Assembly (NCBI GenBank): GCA_048938445.1
Contig: JBHLME010000122.1
Coordinates: forward strand, 1-13,568
Reading direction: 5' to 3'
Length of the DNA stretch: 13,568 nucleotides
DNA from: Promethearchaeota archaeon
GTDB lineage: Archaea > Asgardarchaeota > Lokiarchaeia > Sigyniarchaeales > SOKP01
The notes beneath the pieces were generated by a model. That model did not search any database. It was not told the origin of the DNA and saw only the letters and a program-made list of their open reading frames with translations. Shown piece after piece: positions 8,564 through 13,568 of this stretch. The number at the start of each line of letters is the position of its first letter. Positions within the stretch are counted from its first letter, which is position 1. The position numbers were made by a program, and so were the translations under genes.

Positions 8564-8785
8564 ATGGTAAATATGGAGGATAACCAATTCATTGAAAAAG
8601 TGATGAACATTATTGATAGATGGTCATTTGAAATGTGTGCATTTTGTGAAAACAGCTCACTAGTGACTATTGAAGGGATGGTGGATTATAAATGCGAAAA
8701 ATGCAAGAGAAAAATGAGTGACGGCATTTATTTGGGTGAGATTGCCAAGTTAGTTTATGATTATCGTGAAAATGAAGAGTTTTAA
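8564..8785 (+). CDS. Small hypothetical protein with a C4 zinc ribbon (CxxC-x15-CxxC)
   Basis: CAFC...CEKC flanked by predicted amphipathic helices; good SD; fills an otherwise empty gap. Confidence 0.75.
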   Translation: MVNMEDNQFIEKVMNIIDRWSFEMCAFCENSSLVTIEGMVDYKCEKCKRKMSDGIYLGEIAKLVYDYRENEEF

Positions 8786-8878
8786 AATAAAATGTATGAT
8801 TACTCAAACTAAGATAGTTTTAAAACCCATTAAATTATATTAAATATCAATTATAAATCTAAAAAGTTGGTAAAAAAA

Positions 8879-9103
8879 ATGAGCAAAAAAATTGATACGA
8901 GCGACCAATTTATTGAGTTCTATAAAAAAAAGGGGGATTATCTCGTAGAACTTTCAGAAAATCATTATTTGAACAAAGAATATAAAAAATGTCTGGAATT
9001 ATTAAGTCAAGCTTATGCAATGTATGAGAAAGGTGGAGTTTCAGATCTTGCTGAAAAAACCAAACAAAAGTTTACTGAAATTAAACAAAAACATTTTAAA
9101 TAA
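8879..9103 (+). CDS. Small all-helical hypothetical protein, single TPR-like motif
   Basis: GDYLVELSENHYLNKEYKKCLELLSQAYAMYEKGG resembles a TPR helix pair followed by a capping helix. ATG 8879 preferred over TTG 8867. Confidence 0.7.
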   Translation: MSKKIDTSDQFIEFYKKKGDYLVELSENHYLNKEYKKCLELLSQAYAMYEKGGVSDLAEKTKQKFTEIKQKHFK

Positions 9104-9117
9104 AATTTTGAGAAATT

Positions 9118-9597
9118 TTAAGCCTTTTTCTTTAATTTATTAAATATTTTATCTATATGAGAACCCTTCCAATAAATTTTTTTACATTTTGGATTTAAAC
9201 ACATGTAAAAATATTCATAATTCTGGAAAGTATCTGATTCAATTTGGTTTATTATTGATTTTTTATCCTTAACTTTTTCTAGAAGAGAATTACATTTTGA
9301 ACATCTGGCATTATTCATGGAAAAATCGAGTTTTAAATTCAATTCCTTTTCAAGTTTTAATAGATTTTCATAGGCATCCGTGCCATCCAGATAAATACTA
9401 TGATCTTTTGCTTTTTTATGGAAAGGTAAATCACGTGTAATGATAATTCTATTATTTTTTATCGAATAATCTAACAATTTTAAATCTGGAGCAGATTTTT
9501 CCACTTCTTCGGCATAAACCGTATCATAACCAAAAATTCTCAATAAGCGAGCAAGCTTACCAAGCATAGCATCAACTAAAAATTTCATTTTCGCCAT
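9118..9597 (-). CDS. Mut7-C RNase domain protein (PIN-like fold with Zn ribbon; DUF82)
   Basis: KFLVDAMLGKLARLLRIFGYDT, IIITRD, RCSKCN and C...CKKIYWKGSH are the family hallmarks. Confidence 0.92.
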   Translation of the reverse strand: MAKMKFLVDAMLGKLARLLRIFGYDTVYAEEVEKSAPDLKLLDYSIKNNRIIITRDLPFHKKAKDHSIYLDGTDAYENLLKLEKELNLKLDFSMNNARCSKCNSLLEKVKDKKSIINQIESDTFQNYEYFYMCLNPKCKKIYWKGSHIDKIFNKLKKKA

Positions 9598-9740
9598 TCT
9601 TTTTATAATTAATAATTAATTCAATAGATGAATGTTAAAAAAACATTTTATTGCGGTTCTAATTTATAAAAATAAATAATATAAAATCACATGAATTTCT
9701 AATACTTAGGATGATAAATAAATTAACGAGCAAAAAATAA

Positions 9741-10277
9741 ATGTCTATAAATGATTTATTAAAAAAAGCTGTAGATTTTCACGGACACTCTTGTCCTGGT
9801 TTGGCAATTGGTGTTTTAGCATCAAAATATATACTTGATAATGGAAATGACTTTTCAATAGATGAAGAATTAGTTGCCGTGGTGGAAAACGATAATTGCA
9901 GTGTCGATGCCATTCAATCCTTATTAGGAACGACTTTTGGAAAAGGTAATCTAATCTTTTTGGACTATGGAAAAAATAATTATACCTTTTATAATAGAAG
10001 CAATAAAAAAGCAATAAAACTGATCCAAAAACATAGGAATTTTGGAGATAGAGAATTAACACGTGAAGAAAGACTTAAAATGTTATTAAAATTAAATCCA
10101 GAAGATATTTTCGAGATAAAAGTAATAAAATATGATCCTCCAAAAATGGCGGAGATACACGAATCAATTATATGTGAGAACTGTAATGAACCTACAATGA
10201 GTACTCGTATTAGAAAACTAAATGATAAAAACTTATGTATCCCCTGTTATGATTTGCTAAAAAAGGAAAAATTATAA
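9741..10277 (+). CDS. FmdE/FwdE-family protein with C-terminal C4 zinc finger
   Basis: FHGHSCPGLAIG, ENDNCSVDAIQ...TFGKGNL and C-terminal CENCNE...CIPC. Confidence 0.9.
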   Translation: MSINDLLKKAVDFHGHSCPGLAIGVLASKYILDNGNDFSIDEELVAVVENDNCSVDAIQSLLGTTFGKGNLIFLDYGKNNYTFYNRSNKKAIKLIQKHRNFGDRELTREERLKMLLKLNPEDIFEIKVIKYDPPKMAEIHESIICENCNEPTMSTRIRKLNDKNLCIPCYDLLKKEKL

Positions 10278-10502
10278 ACAAGACATATATGAAATACTTC
10301 CTAATTCGATGTAATCTAATATGAAAAATAATATGATTAAATTGAAAATAACCTTTAACGCATTATTTCATCATAATAATTTATACTTAAATTGGTTGAT
10401 GGAGGAAATTAATTACCAAATAGATGCCGAAATTTTTTATACAATTATTTAATTACTAAAATTAATTAATTTCATGATGATTTTGAATCATAACACTTAA
10501 AT

Positions 10503-10946
10503 ATGATCATTCGAGAGTTTTCTGAAAAGGACATTGATGAAATCACGACATTAATGGAAAAATTATGTCGATTAAAAGGTCAAGAGTTTGATGAGGAGCG
10601 TTGGAGAGAAAGCATAGAAACTCGAATGAAAAAAGATTCTAACTTAAAAATTATCATAGCATTCGATAAAAATACCGAACAAGTCCTTGGAATGGGCCAT
10701 TTTTTTATACGAGACACTGATAGGGGTTACAAGATTGGTGTTATTTCTAATTTAATAGTTAAAGAAGAGAAACGAAGAGAGGGCATCGGCGAAACTATAA
10801 TGCGCCAAGGAATTGATTATTTAAAAGGTTGTCATATTAAATCAATAAGATTAGCTTTAAAAAATACTTTAGACAATGCAGCTAAAAAATTATTTATAAA
10901 ACTTGGTTTTGAAGAAGTTTTCAAGGTATATGAAATGAAAATTTAA
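10503..10946 (+). CDS. GNAT-family N-acetyltransferase
   Basis: N-terminal IREFSEKD, acetyl-CoA motif A (LIVKEEKRREGIGETIM) and motif B (NAAKKLFIKLGF). Confidence 0.9.
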   Translation: MIIREFSEKDIDEITTLMEKLCRLKGQEFDEERWRESIETRMKKDSNLKIIIAFDKNTEQVLGMGHFFIRDTDRGYKIGVISNLIVKEEKRREGIGETIMRQGIDYLKGCHIKSIRLALKNTLDNAAKKLFIKLGFEEVFKVYEMKI

Positions 10947-10973
10947 TTAAATAATCACTTCATACATAAATTA

Positions 10974-10979
10974 AGAGGA
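10974..10979 (+). promoter_or_regulatory. Shine-Dalgarno-like site (AGAGGA)
   Basis: Lies 7 nt upstream of ATG 10987, consistent with an internal gene of a polycistronic mRNA. Confidence 0.5.
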
Positions 10980-10986
10980 TTTAATT

Positions 10987-12213
10987 ATGATAAAAGATCT
11001 TAAAAAAGGAAATACGCTTATAGTAAAAGGACCAACAAGAATTACTGTTGTAGAAGGCGAAGTGGAGGTTCTTGGGAAGGATATAACCTCCAACAAAGAA
11101 GATTCATCAAATAACCAAGAAAAAGTACCAGAAAACGTCATAATAGTTCCTAGTGCTCTTAGTTTTCCCTTATATGCATTAAAAAACTCAAAATTAGAAG
11201 TTTATACTAACAATGAAAGTAATATTGAATTAATTGCTGAAAACTCTATTCCAGACGAATGGATTAAGATAAAAAATGACATAATTGATGATATTAAAAA
11301 AAATGAAGGGAATCCACCATTAAAAATAATGGTATTAGGTATTAGTAGTGGTAAAACAACTCTAATCAAATATCTTGCTAACAATTTTATAAATAAAGGA
11401 TTAATTGGTGGTTATTTAGATAGCGATTTGGGACAACAAATACTCCTTCCTACCACCCTAATGATTGGAATGGTAGATAAGCCCTTTTTGTCATTAAAGG
11501 AAATTGAAGAGGAAAAAAGATTTTTTATCGGCGCAACGTTTCCAAAAGGAGTACAAAAATTTATAGTTTCACAATATACTAAAAACTTAATTAATATTTT
11601 TTCAGAACAGCATGATGAGATAAAATATATTTTAATCGATACCGATGGATGGGTGAAAACTGAAGCAGGTTGTATATATAAGAATTTTTTTATTAGAAAA
11701 GTAGATCCTGATATTTTAATTGTCTTTTATGATGAAGAAATTGAAGAATATGATGATATTTTGACAAAAGCTAAGGAAGATAAAAAACGAAAAATAGTTT
11801 TAATTAAAGGAGAAAATAAATATTATTACGAAAAAACAAAAGAAGAAAGACGTTTTTTAAGGCAAAGTAGATTTTCACATGTATTTGAAGAATTTCAAAA
11901 AATAACCGTGCCTTTAGATGATATAATTTTTATTAAAAGGGATTATGATGATGATTTAGATGAAGTAAAAGAAGTTGAGATAAAAGTTGATAATTTAATT
12001 ACACTTCCTTACCATTATGTTCTTGTTGGATTATTAGATAAAGATTCTAAATTAATCAATGTTGCCTTGCTCTTCACGATAAATGTTGAAAAGAATTATA
12101 TATTATTATTTTCAAACTTGGCATACAAAGAGCAGAAAAAAATAAAGAAAATCTTACTTGGGAGCTTGAGATTGAGTATCAAAGGAAATCATCAAGGTTA
12201 TCTTTATTTATAA
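10987..12213 (+). CDS. Clp1/Grc3(Nol9)-family polynucleotide 5'-OH kinase
   Basis: N-terminal beta domain (GNTLIVKGPTRITVVEGEVEVLG), P-loop VLGISSGKTT, D.DLGQ motif, clasp-region IDTDGWV, lid RRFLR and a C-terminal beta domain. Confidence 0.88.
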   Translation: MIKDLKKGNTLIVKGPTRITVVEGEVEVLGKDITSNKEDSSNNQEKVPENVIIVPSALSFPLYALKNSKLEVYTNNESNIELIAENSIPDEWIKIKNDIIDDIKKNEGNPPLKIMVLGISSGKTTLIKYLANNFINKGLIGGYLDSDLGQQILLPTTLMIGMVDKPFLSLKEIEEEKRFFIGATFPKGVQKFIVSQYTKNLINIFSEQHDEIKYILIDTDGWVKTEAGCIYKNFFIRKVDPDILIVFYDEEIEEYDDILTKAKEDKKRKIVLIKGENKYYYEKTKEERRFLRQSRFSHVFEEFQKITVPLDDIIFIKRDYDDDLDEVKEVEIKVDNLITLPYHYVLVGLLDKDSKLINVALLFTINVEKNYILLFSNLAYKEQKKIKKILLGSLRLSIKGNHQGYLYL

Positions 12214-12268
12214 TCTCCTCTGTTAGATAAAATAGATTATTATATTTTGAAATAATTAGGTTAATTTA

Positions 12269-13568
12269 ATGGTTGAAAATAAGCTATCTAAATTCGTGGA
12301 GTTAATGTCTAAGCAAATTTCTGATTCAGATCTTGAGTTAGTTAAATTAGGGCAGTCTTTAGGATTGGATTTAGTTTTATTTAATGATTTAAGAGCTTCA
12401 CAAGAGGATGAATTTGCTGATAAAGTGAGAGAAAAATCACTCGAAATCCTAGATCAAAATGGAGACAATAAACTAAAAGCAAATGATTTGTTTTATGCTG
12501 GAAGCATAGATTTTATGGTATCTGATGAACCAGAAGGTAAGAAATTCTTCCTACTTGAAACGAATGGAGGGAGTAATAGAGGTTTATCAATCATAACGTT
12601 AAAACAACAAGCAATAATGTATGAAGGATATTATAGGGCAATTGAACAAGCGATAGAGGCTAATAAACGTGGAGATAATAAAGTATTAATACTTATTGGT
12701 GTCCCAATTGAGGATGGATTAATTCATGAAAAGGTTATAATGCTTGAATACTTGAGGAATAAAATAAAAGAGAAAAACCTGACTGTTAAAATTTATAATA
12801 TAAATAATTTTTCAACTGAATTTGAAGCAGATGTTGCATTTCTCATTGCTGATTATAAGGAATTATCTTCAACTCTCTCATTTTCAGATAACTGGGTTCT
12901 CATCAAGAAAGAAGCGAAAGTTTCCGTGTTAATTGGAGATGGTGTAGCAAGGAGACTTAATAATGATGAATTTTCACGATTGATAAGAGAAGATTTTAGA
13001 AAAATTTCAACTATAGTTGTAAATCCTATTTTTAGAATAACAGATGATAAATCTTTAACTTACTTAGCAAGCTATTATGCAAGGGAGACACTTGAAAAAT
13101 ATAATCTCAAGTATCTACTTTTCACAAAGGCATATAGCGAGGAAGAATTGATAAACAAGCTTAAATACATTTTAGATAAATATAAAAGACCTTTTATAAT
13201 TAAACCAAATGGAGGTTCTGGAGGGGCTGGTGTGATACCGATAGGGCCAAATGAAGATCCTGCAAATATCCCTCAACTTATACAACGAAGTAAGGAAGAA
13301 TTTTTCTCTAAGTTCATGAAAAATAGAGATCCTTATCCTTACACTATTCAGGAAATGGCTAAGTTTAGTTTGATTGATTGGAGAGGTGGAAAACATACTT
13401 TTGATATAAGAATCTACCTGTCTCAAAATCAAGATTGTGTCATAACTCCAATTGGAGGTTTAGCAAGAATTGCTCGAGGGAATTATTATGGGACTTTAGA
13501 TAAACAAGAATTTGTAGTCAATTTATCTGGATTTGATGGACAAATCGAAGTCTTTCGTGGACGTGGTA
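12269..13568 (+). CDS. Circularly permuted ATP-grasp amidoligase, 3' end outside the window
   Basis: Manual translation from ATG 12269 is open to the window end (433 codons): MVENKLSKFVELMSKQ...YAGSIDFMV...FFLLETNGGSNRG...VVNPIFRITDDKSL...PFIIKPNGGSGGAGV...YTIQE...FDIRIY...GGLARIA...VVNLSG. The metal-binding D and ExN precede the KP.GGSGG.G nucleotide loop, the permuted order of CP-ATP-grasp, eukaryotic glutathione synthetase and Gsp synthetase enzymes. Confidence 0.85.
   Translation, partial: MVENKLSKFVELMSKQISDSDLELVKLGQSLGLDLVLFNDLRASQEDEFADKVREKSLEILDQNGDNKLKANDLFYAGSIDFMVSDEPEGKKFFLLETNGGSNRGLSIITLKQQAIMYEGYYRAIEQAIEANKRGDNKVLILIGVPIEDGLIHEKVIMLEYLRNKIKEKNLTVKIYNINNFSTEFEADVAFLIADYKELSSTLSFSDNWVLIKKEAKVSVLIGDGVARRLNNDEFSRLIREDFRKISTIVVNPIFRITDDKSLTYLASYYARETLEKYNLKYLLFTKAYSEEELINKLKYILDKYKRPFIIKPNGGSGGAGVIPIGPNEDPANIPQLIQRSKEEFFSKFMKNRDPYPYTIQEMAKFSLIDWRGGKHTFDIRIYLSQNQDCVITPIGGLARIARGNYYGTLDKQEFVVNLSGFDGQIEVFRGRG

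Noticed and set aside
8924-8937. A_AAA_AAG slippery heptamer followed by a G run in the TPR-like ORF
   Set aside because: The -1 frame stops within about 20 codons, no stimulatory structure is evident, and such runs are expected in Lys-rich AT-rich genes.
10390-10428. Weak hairpin with a purine-rich loop, considered as a SECIS-like element
   Set aside because: Pairing is short and bulged, there is no convincing tandem GA core, and no neighbouring gene has an in-frame TGA.
7963-13432. Minus-strand ORFs 7963-8190, 9745-10062, 11202-11384 and 13172-13432
   Set aside because: Antisense to aroC, fmdE, the Clp1 gene and the ATP-grasp gene. The last is explained by the long plus-strand ORF starting at 12269.
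1-13568. CRISPR arrays, IS elements, integrases, rRNA or tRNA
   Set aside because: No periodic repeats, terminal inverted repeats, transposase or recombinase ORFs, or GC-rich structured intergenic segments were seen.

Overview
AT-rich archaeal chromosomal segment. The archaeal-type Rpo3, eL18, uL13, uS9 and SHMT, together with RACo and FmdE, fit an Asgard/Lokiarchaeia-like anaerobe; this is inference from protein features, not a database result. Gene order: glyA > rpoD(rpo3) > rpl18e > rpl13 > rps9 >< aroA <> RACo/ASKHA [2Fe-2S] activator > aroC > C4 Zn-ribbon microprotein > TPR-like microprotein >< Mut7-C RNase <> FmdE > GNAT > Clp1/Grc3-family polynucleotide kinase > circularly permuted ATP-grasp ligase. 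The last gene starts at 12269, runs off the window and is missing from the supplied ORF track. I saw no tRNA, rRNA, CRISPR array or mobile element. The most unusual points are the GNAT-Clp1-CP-ATP-grasp gene set (shortened Walker A in the kinase, EF-hand-like loop in the ligase), a His-to-Gln change in the chorismate synthase PGHAD motif, a RACo gene sitting between aroA and aroC with an exact 13-bp direct repeat in the shared promoter region, and a ribosomal/RNAP cluster broken at both ends.
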